NCBI RefSeq assembly: GCF_023055435.1
Contig: NW_025964223.1
Coordinates: 39,804,001-39,868,000 of the forward strand
DNA from: Haliotis rufescens
Taxonomy: Eukaryota
DNA length: 64,000 bases
Direction: 5' to 3'
Both the position numbers and the translations under genes were made by a program. Below the pieces are notes generated by a model. That model had not been told where the DNA came from. It made no database searches and saw only the letters and a list, made by a program, of their open reading frames with translations. This document shows, piece after piece, positions 13,261 to 26,749 of this stretch. Each line of letters begins with the position of its first letter. The stretch's first letter is position 1.

Positions 13261-13429
13261 CTGAAATCAGTCAATGAAGTAATAATGGCCTATTTCCAAC
13301 CAAATGACTGTATAATGAGTTTGTTGATCTCCTAGCAATTGTATTTTCGTGACAATTTCATTGACATTATAATATGGATATAGGTATTGCCAGAGTGATA
13401 TGTAACCTTCTTCCATGTAAGTTCAGTAA

Positions 13430-13810
13430 CAGTACATAAGCAGTGAGTTCGTAGTCGACATTACTTGATCTTTACATGTTACAGTAACTGTTAAATATGT
13501 TGAGTAACAGTACATTAGTATTGACATGGTTATCGTCTTTACTTGATTCCAATATTTAGTGAACATAGAAAGAGTACATTAGCATTGACTTGGTTGTCGT
13601 CTTTACTTGATTATAATTTGTAGTGAGTTCAGTAAGAGTACATTAGCATTGACTTGGTTGTCGTCTTTACCTGATTATAATTTGTAGTGAGTTTAGAAAG
13701 AGGACATTAGCATTGACTTGGTTGTCGTCTTTACTTAATACTTACATTTTACTGTCAGGTAAGGTCAGTAACAGTAAATTAGCATTGACTTGGCAGTCGA
13801 CATTACTTGA
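13430..13810. repeat. Degenerate ~65-bp tandem repeat (~6 copies) in gene B intron 15
   Basis: Recurrent AGTACATTAGCATTGACTTGGTTGTCGTCTTTACTTGAT. Confidence 0.8.
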
Positions 13811-14474
13811 TAGTGAAGATTCAAATTTTGAAGGAGACCAAAGATCGTTTACGTTAGACCAGCCACACATATCATCGTGCTATATGAAGGACATTTCATC
13901 TGGATTACAACGCTCCGATCTACTGATCTCTTTAGAGCAGTGTTAACATATAAATAAACATACATGTACGTAGGAACAGGAATGGTTGCTAGTTATTTGA
14001 ACTAAAAAGAAAAGTTCAACTTTTGGCCGGATCATTTCTTACAGGCTGGTGATGCAACTTGCTGGTACGACGTTCGGTCATCATGATAAAACATGTGTGT
14101 TTAATTCATACACTGGTATCAAACTTGTGAAGCATGTTTTTCAAGTCTCCCGCCGTGATATTGATACGGGAGGCTAAAGCCTCTATCACTCAGTCACTCA
14201 GCACTGTGAGATATCACGAGGAGTCAGAAAATGGACTTATTTTACCTTGCATAGCAAGAGATTAAAGACAACGACGTAAAACAACATTCACTCACTCGCA
14301 CATCTTTATTGGTATCTAGTTCACTACCACTCTGAAAAACACGGTAAGTTGGGTTTGCCAGTATAATCGCAGGAAAATCACGTCCTGTTAGCCTAACGTC
14401 AATGCAAAACACAGGTCATGACAAAACTTATATTGTCATTCCAACTTCCGATGTACATGTCTGTCGCTACTCAC

Positions 14475-14606
14475 CTCCTTCAGTTGTAGCTCCAAGATGT
14501 TTATCTTCGCGGTGTGAACGTTGCTCTGCATGGTGTTCACTGCGGCGCCGTTGGTGGCGGTTGTGGTTTCGACGATGTCAACACTATTTGTCCTGACTGC
14601 AACGAT
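14475..14606 (-). CDS. Gene B exon 15 (C-tail)
   Basis: ttctag|ATC...GAG|gtgagt, 132 nt: IVAVRTNSVDIVETTTATNGAAVNTMQSNVHTAKINILELQLKE. Confidence 0.85.
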
Positions 14607-14779
14607 CTAGAATAAGAAAGGGTTCTCGGTGAATCACACGGGTAGTGGAGGGCACGGAGAATGCGTTTACGTTTTACTCCCCTGTCGGGCAGGGACCCCA
14701 CATCGGTGAGAAGAACAGGTTCGATTCCGGGAGCATGTTTGATCGTAACCTGTCGGCTCAGTGGGCATTAAGTGGAGAC

Positions 14780-17700
14780 AAGCTGTACCTACCTCAGACA
14801 CAATGACGAAATATGCTGGGACACGATGCACTTACCTTAAACACATTGAAGAGATACGGTGTGCCTACTTGAAGACAGTGGTGAGATACGTTGTGCCTAG
14901 CTTGAAGACAGTGGTGAGATACGGCGTACCTACCTTGAAGACAGCGGTGACATTCGGTGTACCTACCTTGAAGACAGTGGTGAGATACGGTGTACCTACC
15001 TTGAAGACAGTGGTGAGATACGTTGTACCTACCTTGAAGACAGTGGTGAGATACGCTGTAACTATCTTGAAGACAGTGGTGCGATACGCTGTACCTATCT
15101 TGAAGACAGTGGTGAGATACGCTGTACCTACCTTGAGGACAGTGGTGGGATACGCCGTACCTACCTTGAAGATAGTGATGAGATACGCCGTACCAACCGT
15201 GAAGACAGGCATGAGATACGTTGTACTGATTACCTTGAAAACAGTGGTGAGATACGTTTAACTACCGTGAAGACAGTGGTAAGATACGCTGTACCTACCT
15301 CGAAGACAGTGGTAAGATATGTTGTACCTATCTTGAAGACAGTGGCGAGATACGTTGTACCTACCTCGAAGACAGGGGTAAAATACGCTGTACCTACCTA
15401 GAAGACAGTGGTTAGATATGTACCTACCTTTGACACAAAGATGAGATATCGTGTACCTACCTTTGACACAAAGATCAGATATTGTGTACCTACCATTGAC
15501 ACAAAGATCAGATATCGTGTACCTTCCTTTGACAATATGATGAGATATCGTGTACCTACCCTTGACACAAATATGAGATATCGTGTACCTACATTTGACA
15601 CTATTTAAAGATATCGTGTACATACCTTTGACACAAAGATCACATATCGTTTACCTACATGTACCTATGACACAAAGATCAGATATCGTGTACCTACCTT
15701 TGACACAAAGATGAGATATCGTTTTACCTACCTTGGGTACAACGATAAGATATCGTGTACCTACCTTTGACACAAATCAGATATTGTGTACCTACCTTTG
15801 ACACAAAGATCAGATATCGTGTACCTACCATTGACACAAAGATCAGATATCGTGTACCTACCTTTGACACAAATATGAGATTTCGTGTACCTACCTATGA
15901 CACAAAGATCAGATATAGTGTACCTACCATTGACACAAATCAGATATCGTGTACCTACCTTTGACACAAAGATGAGATATCGTGTACCTACCATTGACAC
16001 AAAGATCAGATATCGTGTACCTACCTTTGACACAAATATGAGATATCGTGTACCTACCTTTGACACAAATATCAGATATTGTGTACCTACCATTGACACA
16101 AAGATCAGATATCGTGTACCTACCTTTGACACAAAGATCAGATATCGTGTACCTACCATTGACACAAAGATGAGATATCGTGTACCTACCTTTGACAATA
16201 TCATGAGATATCGTGTAACTTCCTTTGACACAAAGATGAGATATCGTGTACCTACCTTTGACACAAAGATGAGATGTCGTGCACCTACCTTGGGTACAAC
16301 AATGAGATGTCGTGCACCAAGCTTGGGTACACCGATGAGATGTCGTGCACCAACCTTGGGTACAACGATGAGATGTCGTGCACCTACCTTGGGTACAACG
16401 ATCAGATATCGTGTACCTACCTTGGGTACAACGATGAGATGTTGTGCACCTACCTTTGACACAAAGATGAGATATCATGTACCTACCTTTGACACAAAGA
16501 TGAGATATCGTGTACCTACCATTGACACAAAGGTCAGATATCGTGTACCTACCTTTGACAATATGATGAGATATCGTGTACCTACCCTTGACACAAATAT
16601 GAGATATCGTGTACCTACATTTGACACTATTTAAAGATATCGTGTACATACCTTTGACACAAAAGATCACATATCGTGTACCTACCTTTGACACAAATAT
16701 GAGATATCGTGTACCTACCTTTGACACAAATATCAGATATTGTGTACCTACCATTGACACAAAGATCAGATATCGTGTACCTACCTTTGACACAAAGATC
16801 AGATATCGTGTACCTACCTTTGACAATATGATGAGATATCGTGTACCTACCCTTGACACAAATATGAGATATCGTGTACCTACATTTGACACTATTTAAA
16901 GATATCGTGTACATACCTTTGACACAAAGATCACATATCGTGTACCTACCATTGACACAAAGATCAGATATCGTGTACCTACCTTTGACACAAAGATGAG
17001 ATGTCGTGTACCTACCTTGGGTACAATGATGAGATGTCATGCACCTACCTTGGGTACAACGATGAAATGTCGTGCACCTACCTTGGGTACAACGATGAGA
17101 TAGCGTGTACCTACCTTGGGTACAACGATCAGAAAGCGTCTACCTACCTTGGGTACAACGATGAGATGTCGTGCACCTACCTTGGGTACAACGATGAGAT
17201 AGCGTCTACCTGTCTTGGGTACAACGATCAGATAGCGTGTACCTACCTTGGGTACAACGATGAGATAGCGTCTACCTACCATGGGTACAACGATGAGATG
17301 TCGTGTACCTACCTTGGGTACAACGATAAGATGTCGTGTACCTACCTTGGGTACAACGATGAGATGTCGTGCACCTACCTTGGGTAAAACGATCAGATGT
17401 CGTGTACCTACCTTGGGTACAACGATGAGACGTCGTGCACCTACCTTTGGTACAACGATCAGATAGCGTGTACCTACCTTGGGTACAACGATGAGATGTC
17501 GTGTACCTACCTTGGGTACAACGATGAGATGTCGTGTACCTACCTTGGGTACAACGATGAGATAGCGTGTACCTACCTTGGGTACAACGATGAGATTTCC
17601 TGCACCTATCTTGGGTACAACGATGAGATGTCGTGCACCTACCTTGGGTACAACGATCAGATAGCGTCTACTTACCTTGGGTACAACGATGAGATGTCGT

Positions 17701-17792
17701 GTACCTACCTTGGGTACAACGATGAGATGTCGTGTACCTACCTTGGGAACAACGATGAGATGTCGTGGACCTACCTTGGGTACAACGATGAG
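14780..17792 (-). repeat. 33-bp minisatellite derived from the exon-14 5' splice junction, ~90 copies in three variant classes
   Basis: Unit CTCATCGTTGTACCCAAG|GTAGGTACACGACAT = last 18 exon nt + first 15 intron nt; classes translate LIVVPKVGTRH, LIFVSKVGTRY and LTTVFKVGTPY. Confidence 0.95.
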
Positions 17793-17963
17793 ACACATGG
17801 TTACGGTCGTGGCGATGATCACGATGATGGAGGTCAGAGCATAGTTGAGTTCAATCTGTGACCCCAGGGTCATGGAGACAGTGACCCCCAGGAAACTCAA
17901 CACTATCACGTTGTAGATACAAAGGCCAATCATCTTAGAGTCGTTCAAACCATCAAGTTTTAC
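17775..17963 (-). CDS. Gene B exon 14 (TM6-TM7)
   Basis: cacag|GTA AAA...AAG|gtaggt, 189 nt: VKLDGLNDSKMIGLCIYNV...TMCLIVVPK; same length as the gene A exon 2130-2318. Confidence 0.95.
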
Positions 17964-19971
17964 CTGTGTGCAAACATGAAGATTTTCCTCATCGGCTTCC
18001 ATATTGATTGAGAATATGTCATTGATTACATATATTTTCTTCTCCTTAGGACCTGTTCATCTATGTACAATATTGACTACGGCGCGGAACTGATATTCTT
18101 ACATTATAACCGTGCCAAAATATACGTGTAAGACCCACACTACTTCAGGCTTTCCTAAATAAGCTGATACACCGCGACATATAACTGAAATATTGTTCAA
18201 AGCGGCTTAAAATCCGACAATTACAGTTCCACTGTAATATTTCCACACAGAAACAGGCGCAAAAGAGCGTGACATTATCACCCCGTAAAAGGGATCAGTG
18301 TGGAATTATATTTGCATTCTCAACTCCCTGGGAAGTATTACCTGCTGGAATTAACAAGTATACAAATCAGATTGTTCATAGAAATACTTCAAAGACGTTA
18401 AGTTTAATTCCGTTCTAAGATATGTCGTAACGAGTTCTACCCAAGTTGGAGGTATCTAGTACTTTTCCATTAACCAAGCACCAGTAAACTACGCAGTATT
18501 ATCATGACACGTTCAATAACACGCCTTTTCGTCAATTTCCATAAACATACCCGAATGACCACGAGAAATTAGATATAATGAGCACTGCTAATGGTTATAT
18601 CCACCAGAAGATGGACATAATCGATCAAGCGATTATTTCTTCGAATATTTCTGAACAGCAAAATTAGTCTGTATTTTCAGGTGAGTGTTGTTTATTAGCA
18701 GGGTCATTAGGGATCTGAAGTTTAACCAATGTGATCAAGTTGTGGTTTAGGTAGTGGGTTATGCTGAGATTGTACGGAAATGTCACTAGTGTTCATTACT
18801 GAATCTAGTTATATATCATTGTCTTGTCAATTACAGATGCATTATCAGTTGCATTAAGGGTATCGGGCAAAAATAGTCTCATTATCGTTAATAATATACT
18901 ACCTGTTTCCTTGTAACCAACCATTAATAAACTGATGTGTTGATATATTTCTCGTTTTAAGATTTACTCGTGTAGGTCGATGGTTAGATATGGAACAGAT
19001 GTCATGTATGTAGAATAATTACAGGTTGAACCAACGGGAAATGTATAATATCAGTAGGAATGCCTGTTGTCTTTTCATACTTCTTGCATATCATATTACG
19101 GTGTTAAACACACAAGCAAACAAAACAAACATATTAAAATGCTTTGAATGATTAGGAGCAAGGGTGGCCCGTGAATCTCAGCAAGAGGCCGCAATTCGCT
19201 CTACAGGATTGTGTGTCAGAAACCTATTATAGTGGGTTCGAATCCCATATTTACCCGTGTTATGTGTCTAGGTTTGGTTTTATTTCGCTTTTCAAAGTGG
19301 CGTTAAATCCAAATATATATCCCCATAAATATTGTTCTTGCAATTGTTCCTCATTATGAAATAATAAAACTGTCACGAATTTTCTATTAAAACTTGAATA
19401 CATAGCATTAAATGCACTATGTATCATGAGTGAGTGAGTTGAGTTTAGCGCAGAGTAATGTACAAGCGGTTATCAAAACGTTTTGATCCAAGCATACATA
19501 GAACTGAAATATTGTCGTGAGCTTTATTAATTTTTTCATATAGTCCCTTTGCACTCTTGTTTGTTCCCGGGATCATAGTGATGGGTGCAGGTCTCATTAC
19601 CTGTCAATAGCCTAAACTGAAAATCTCGTCTTCCCGAGGCAAGGGAGTTCACTGACTATAAAGGTCCAGTTTCCAGCCTTTCCGAACAAGGCTGCAATTA
19701 TGGAGTTATATTGTGGCTGGACTAACAAGTCTATGCATATATAGTCCAATCAAAATCGCGTAACGAAATCGACATCCGGTTCGTAAACAACATGGATTTT
19801 CAACTACCTTGCCATGTGAAGATGTGAAGATCCAAACTGCGATTATATCTGGTTAAACAGGGTATTTGAGGTAGTGATCAGCATACCTCCATTTCAGTCG
19901 ATAGCTTCCTATGAACCCATCGGGCCCAAAATGTGGCGCTGTCCATGAAAGATTGTTTCCATTGACCAACA

Positions 19972-20136
19972 TGAGTGAGTGAGTATGAATTTTCGCCGCT
20001 TTTAGCAATATGCCAGCAATATCATGGCGGGAGATACCAGAAATGGGCTTCACACATTGTACCCATGTGGGGAAACGAACCGGGGCCTTTGGATTGAAGA
20101 GCGAACGCTTTAACCACGAGGCTACCCCACCGCCCC
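19972..20136 (-). mobile_element. SINE family 1
   Basis: Homology to other copies; adjacent partial family 2 copy at ~20160-20300. Confidence 0.85.
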
Positions 20137-20725
20137 TCTTGACAAATATGAGAAGTCTGTGGTCTTGAAGACAAGTCAGTGATTGATATCATGAGCATCG
20201 TGCTACGCAGTTGGGATACTATGACGTGCATCAATCAAGTCAGTGAGTCTGACCTCCCGATCCCGTTAATCGCCTCTTACGAAAAGCGTGGGTTGCTGAA
20301 ACAATTTGAGGACTGCTATATACTCAGTTTTGTCCAGTGCAATGATGAGGAGTAGTTTAACTCAGAATCGAGGTCATTTATCAGCAGCGACAGCAAGTCA
20401 CTGGACTGAAAGAAGCGAAATTGTGAAAGATAAATCAACAAACACAGGCCAATACTAATTTATGTCACACATAAGCTTAACAGCCTAGATATGCCAGACT
20501 CAAAACAGACCCTTGTAATGCTATGTAAATACACGTATATTATATCAGGAGTGATAAACTATTAGAATTATATACACTACATCATTTAATTTTACTATTT
20601 CATTCTCGATATTGATATTCACGAAAGAGGGAGGTGTCGATTCCCTAATCTATTAAAGCAACATTATTCAATTTTATACTTTAACAGCGTTCATCCATCC
20701 ATCCATCCATACATACATACATACA

Positions 20726-20756
<31 letters not shown>

Positions 20757-21904
20757 TTCTAGAATAGTGCCGTCAAATTAACAATAATCGTAAAATAACG
20801 AGGCATATTAATTACCTTGTTTAAAAATATGTATTTAACTTCCTATTAAAAGAATACTAGTTTATATAATGTTTCTGTCTCTTCTACTTCACGTGTGCAT
20901 TCGTGATTCACTGTCACAACGAGTGAGTGAGATGGGTTTCGCCAGCTTTAGGCAATATTCCAACAAATTCATGGCGAGGTGCATGTCTTCACACATTGTA
21001 CCCATTTTGGGGGTCGAGTCCTTGTCTTTAGCCAGATGAACCAACCCTTTAAGAACGAGACTACCCTAACGTACACGATTAGAAGAAAAAGTGTTTGAGT
21101 AGAGCTTTCAAAGGCTTGAACCAAAACCCGATATTGAAACTATCGAAATAGTGCCGGTCCCCTTGCGCTAAGTGGGCATTCAAAGGATTCCACTCAATAA
21201 CAATTAGTGCCATGTTGTCAGCACCGCGTAGCGTTTATCGCTGGGGAGACTTCCACCCGATAGTTTACACAAACCAATATTGACACAAGTATAAGGGGTA
21301 GGAAGCAGGCCAGAGTGACCCACCAATTATGCAGTTTACTTCCCCACTAATTATGAACTGGTCAGTGGAAAACCTTTGTCTTCTAATCATACCCTCAGAT
21401 GGGGCAGCGTGTGGTTGGTGGTGGACACTCGTCAAGCCAAGTTAAGGCAACAATTAGACAGAGAGACATTAATAATCCATGAACCAAGGGGACTTTGGCC
21501 ATGCAGAGAATTGCACTCTGTGTAATCATATCCTGGTCAATAGAACAAATTCTTGAGATTATTAGGAGTGTACCAAGTTGGGTTAACGACCATGGGACGG
21601 ACAATCCTCAAAGTACATCTCTGATACAGTTCGCACCTAGTTGCGATCGACACTCGACATGGCGTATTCAAATTGGTACGAGGAAATTAGGTCTACTTAA
21701 AAAGATCAATGACAGGTGTTAGTTTCACGTCTCCGCCAGTGTATATCGGTAGATGAGTAGTGAGTGAGTGAGGTATTACGCTTTTAGCAATTTACCGTAA
21801 TATCACGGCTGGGGACACCAGAAATGGGCTTCACACATTATACACATGTTGGAAATTGAACCAGGCCTTCAGCGTGACGAGCGAACGTTTCAACCAGATG
21901 AAAG

Positions 21905-22064
21905 NNNNNNNNNNNNNNNNNNNNNNNNNNNNNNNNNNNNNNNNNNNNNNNNNNNNNNNNNNNNNNNNNNNNNNNNNNNNNNNNNNNNNNNNNNNNNNNN
22001 NNNNNNNNNNNNNNNNNNNNNNNNNNNNNNNNNNNNNNNNNNNNNNNNNNNNNNNNNNNNNNNN
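21905..22064. other. Assembly gap (160 N) interrupting a family 1 SINE in intron 13
   Basis: Run of N. Confidence 0.99.
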
Positions 22065-22327
22065 ACATTGATACCAGACAGTATACGGATATGATGTTGT
22101 GGCTTTATAGTGTTGAGCCCCTTAGGTCGTATGATCGTGGGTTCGAATACTAAATTCGTCCTGATCGTATATCATTTGTCAGCACCATACCCGTGCTCCT
22201 GTGTTTCACCAAAGTAGTAAACGACTCAGACCTACATCAGGTAGGGCTTTCCTACCACCACAAGCTGACACGCTAATGAAACTGCAAAACTTTCAATGCG
22301 AAATTAAACCCAACACTCACTATTGGA

Positions 22328-22447
22328 GTGTGTTTGGGGATGGTAAATATCCTGCATTAGGAATAAACATTGTATTTAGCGAGCCTTGGCGAGCTAAATA
22401 CATAGTGTTTATTGCTAATACAGGATATTTACCATCCCCAAACACAC
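22328..22447. repeat. Near-perfect ~120-bp palindrome
   Basis: GTGTGTTTGGGGATGGTAAATATCCTG...CAGGATATTTACCATCCCCAAACACAC, centre CGAGCCTTGGCGAG. Confidence 0.9.
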
Positions 22448-23621
22448 AAGCTTGATAACTTCTCTATCATATAATGTCATTCTTTAATTTTGTGGCTCAA
22501 AATCGCTTTCCCTCTCTCACAAACATTACCGAAACATTGCGAGTTGTCCTGGAATGCGCGCATTAATATTTATTACTTCATAGGGTAAGTGATGTGTCAG
22601 TCGGACAGTGACAGTAGACAATAAAGTTCCAACTGAAATCTGTTTCTTATAACAATATTTATTGTTTTTAATTGCCTTTCGCGGCAGTCCATCGGTCTGT
22701 CCGCTAGAGTAACTGCCCTTTGTTAAAGGGAAGCTACTCTAACCCTAGTCTAAGAGACGCCACGGCCACGGTCAGACGTTGTTGACAGTCGGTTTGTCCT
22801 GTCATAACGTTAAGAAGTGTAGTCAGATGTACACACAGCAGCAAAACGAAACAAGGTAACAATTCAAATATATTTCGGCCAAATCAAACTATTTTAATTT
22901 GTGGAGAACGTTTCAAGCCGCCGCAGAGGTCTACAAGCACAGATATGGCTACTGATCCCGCTTGGCTAGGCCTCGTGCCCTCGCAAAATTGTTTCGGAAT
23001 TTATATCTCCAAAGTTGCAAAAACTTATAAAATGCCCTAGCTACGTCACAGTTAGACACGGATTTTCAGTATATTAGACTGTGCTTTTGATAATGATAGC
23101 AATTATCCCTGTAGTTTATCCAGATTCCAGATGGTTAATTCTGACTCGATCGCCGCATGACGAGGGCGACGCCATGTTTGTTTATAAACAGTGAAAGTAG
23201 TCCCTACTTGACCTTTGATATTTGCATCCCTATCCGCATATGACCCCAACGGATATCGTTTTTATCCGTTGGCTTCATCCTGCCGAGAAACCTCCCCATT
23301 ATATGATAATGTAAGTTATCAACCGATCTCGAGGGGTATATGGTGTGATGTACCCTGTGTGTGAACCTATGTACACAGTGCCATAAGAATGTCTGCATTT
23401 TCATTGAGTAAGCAAAACTCGTAACAGACGACGCAAACGAACGATGCTACTTCCATTTACCCAACGAATTCAAATGAACATCGGTTTATTTCAGAAACTT
23501 AACTATACTTATGCGAGATAAGCAAGTTACCTAAGCTGTTATCCGATTTCCCAGTGAATTACATGAGAAATAATTGCCTAATCCTCAGCCAATCAATACC
23601 ATTTTTTGGGCAGTTCCCTGG

Positions 23622-23852
23622 CAGAATTGGTCTTTGACAACCCATGCTTGCCGTGAAAGGCGACTGTGCTTGTAAGAGGCGACTAACGGGATCGGGTGGT
23701 CAGGCTCGCCGACTTGGTTGATGCATGTCATCGTATCCCAATTGCGTAGATCGATGCTCATGATGTCAATCTCTGAATTGTTTGGTCCCGCTCGATTATT
23801 TACAGACCGCCGTCATACATATTGGTGAGTGGAGTGCGGCGTTAAACAACAC
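23622..23852 (+). mobile_element. SINE-like family 2 (5'-truncated)
   Basis: Homology to other copies. Confidence 0.85.
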
Positions 23853-24149
23853 ACATACTACAGGATGGGTCACTGTAATACATTTTATATAAAATCAATC
23901 GCAGTTATATCTTATCAAAATGGTGTCGACAACTCGAGCAACTTACATTCTCCTATATTTTGATCATATACTCAATCCACGGGATCAATGAATAAACATG
24001 TATTGACCAAACTGTTTTTCATGTTTGCAAAGAAATTCCTTTCATCGTTATAATTACTATATCAATACTATTGTGTTGCAATGACTGTAAGTTAATAATT
24101 GATTTCGTGTATCAACCCAAACTCAATCAGTTAATCTCTGTGTATTCAC

Positions 24150-24293
24150 CTTCCGGGTTTCCCAGGCGAGGAAAGTCCCCAGCAGCAGTAGGATTCCCTG
24201 GATTCCGAACAGAGTTCCAACAAAGTAGATCTGTTTGGTCGACGTACACGTTTCCACGTGACTCCGTATCTCGACGTCCCTGTCTTCATACAC
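24150..24293 (-). CDS. Gene B exon 13 (ECL2/TM5)
   Basis: cccag|GTG...AAG|gtgaat, 144 nt: VYEDRDVEIRSHVETCTSTKQIYFVGTLFGIQGILLLLGTFLAWETRK. Confidence 0.95.
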
Positions 24294-25252
24294 CTGGGAA
24301 GATAAATCCCCGCGTACATTTCAAAATATGTATTTTGCTAAATGGGTGTAAATGTTGAAGGTAAAATGATATACTGAAATACACAATATTGGTAAATTAA
24401 CCTCAGTGGGTCAGTCTGATAACCACACAGATGCTTCTTGGGTGGTCGGGTCGTTTAAGGAGCCCCAGAGTTGCGTCCCTTGGTCTTGTCAGGATTCATT
24501 GGTCAAGTGTTCGAATACCAGGTCTGATTATGATCCAAAGTTGGTCGGCAACATACTCGTGTTCGAGGGCTTCACCAAAGTGATAAACGTCTAAGACTTT
24601 AAGACGACTAAGCACCATTTAATACTTTCCTCTCGTGTTCAGTTAATAACTGAAATACTGCACTCAAATCGACATTAAACCCAATACAGAGGAAGTGCGG
24701 AAGTATGGCCTGTTCTCCTCGTTTGTAAACACGACCATTCATGTCATATCGGGACAAGCCGAACGGCGGTTCCGGATCCCGGAAAGGGGCGAAAGGTGCT
24801 TGGTTCGTGTTTTCCCCAATAATACAGGCCTTTACTAAGATTTATTTAAATATGTTGTACGTTTATGTAGCTGAAATGTCTTTGTAAAAAAACCACTTTC
24901 ACATTTATCAAAGACGGTAAAAATAACAGATAGACCTTGTTAGATTAATTTCAGGGCTAACACACTTCAAAATAATAGCCGAATAGGCCGATAAAAATTG
25001 AGGCACTCTATCTTTCCATTAACATATAATACATTGGTACATTCAGTGGACAATAGTTTTCACTTCTACTTGTAGTCCTGCGTCGCATACCGCCATTAAC
25101 CAACCTACATGTACCGAGATTACTAACACCAGCGTATAACGGTGTGATTTTACACAAATTATTTAATTGCAAAGTATCTTCATTATTACAACTAGCACAG
25201 CAATAAATGGTAATTTCAAGTCTTTTAGTATTCATTAAGAGCGATTACTTAC

Positions 25253-25375
25253 AACTGGGTCAAGGTCGTTGTCAATGACCCTAAGTGGGTCAATGAATGT
25301 CCAACTAAGTAGGACCACTGTGTTGATTGCAACCAAAACTCCGACCATGACAAATAGTTGACTGTCTTTCAGCAC
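25253..25375 (-). CDS. Gene B exon 12 (TM4)
   Basis: tctcag|GTG...GTT|gtaagt, 123 nt: VLKDSQLFVMVGVLVAINTVVLLSWTFIDPLRVIDNDLDPV. Confidence 0.93.
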
Positions 25376-26070
25376 CTGAGACAAAAACATTGTTATTTGT
25401 GATGAATGCATCTTTATTGTTATAGTTGACTTAGTTTTCTTCTAATAGAAAAATGAAATGGATCATTATTGAAAATGTACTTGCTTCAATTCAGCAATGT
25501 ATGAGTTAAGTCATCACAAACAGATATGGTTACTTAAGCTACAACCAATAATTGCATACATTATACTTCGCAATGTATATTAGATGACTGTGGTGAATGT
25601 CTATTTACAATGTCCTTGAGTGTTGTATATAGTGTTTCAGGAAAATGAAAAACAAACTGCCTCCAAACACTTTGAACAATATGCAATTTTACCAGTGAGT
25701 ATAGTCATAAAGTTACTGTAGTAAATAAGCCACTGTTATAACCTTGGGAATACATAAATAATGACGATCATTGTTTAGAATTATTAGAATTTGTTTGTGG
25801 TATTATTGCCAAACTGAAAGCCATTTTGGTATTGTCTATATGGTTTTTAAAAAGTGTGTATTTGCCTAAAAGCAGACAGTTCCATTTCCTTGACAGAGGC
25901 ACTATTATCTGTATCCAAACGTCGTATCGTAAGAATAGAAAAAAAGTTGCAATCCACAGGTCAATCCTATCTTCAAAGATAATCAATGGGGAAAAATGAT
26001 TTGTTGTCTAAAATTGTGACTGGGATTACGTGACCATGTTGTGTCAGTCCACCGCGGTAGAGTTGATTAC

Positions 26071-26178
26071 CTTCTTCTGTTTCGTGGCGTTCGTGAAGAT
26101 GACGTGCACCCTCCAGGTCTTTGCGAACAGCGCCCCGAACGCCATGGAGAAGCCCAGCGTCAGGAGGTACACCTTGGA
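26071..26178 (-). CDS. Gene B exon 11 (TM3)
   Basis: tcacag|TCC...AAG|gtaatc, 108 nt: SKVYLLTLGFSMAFGALFAKTWRVHVIFTNATKQKK (FAKTWRVH motif). Confidence 0.95.
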
Positions 26179-26749
26179 CTGTGACACACGAGCACGATAC
26201 ACAACAGAAGTGAGTGCACTAATTCTGTTTAACGCTACAGTCAGCAATATTCAAGTTATCAAATCGGCGTGTGTAATCGAATCTGGGACAGGTCAGTGAT
26301 TGAGCTACGTTTTATGCCGTCGGGTACTATGCTATCCCGATAACCTCTGAGTATGACCACCTGATTCATTTAGTCGCTTCTAACGGCAAGCATAGGTTGC
26401 TGGGGAGTCGTGTTGACCTGGAATCCCCACAGGGGCAAGACATCAGTGGATGAGTGAGTGGCAAGCATGGAGGCATTGACATCGAGTGAGTGAGTGAGTG
26501 AGTGAGTGAGTGAGTGGGTGAGTATGGTTTTACGCCGCTTTTAGCAATAATCCAGCAATATTATGGCGGGAGACACCTGAAATGGCCTTCACACATTGTA
26601 CCCATGTGGGGTATGTCGAAACCGGGTCTTCGGCGTGACGAGCGAACCACTGGGCTACCCCACCGTCCAATGAACATCGAAATGCCCCATGAGGTACAGA
26701 GTCTGACTACGCGACCCTCATCACCTCTTAGGACAAGAATGATGTACAG

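Noticed and set aside
14761-17040. Multiple 100-320-aa ORFs on both strands
   Set aside because: Translations of the 33-bp array, open in several frames.
21905-22064. Possible missing exon in the assembly gap
   Set aside because: Exon 13 (..WETRK) joins exon 14 (VKLDGLND) exactly as in gene A; nothing is missing.
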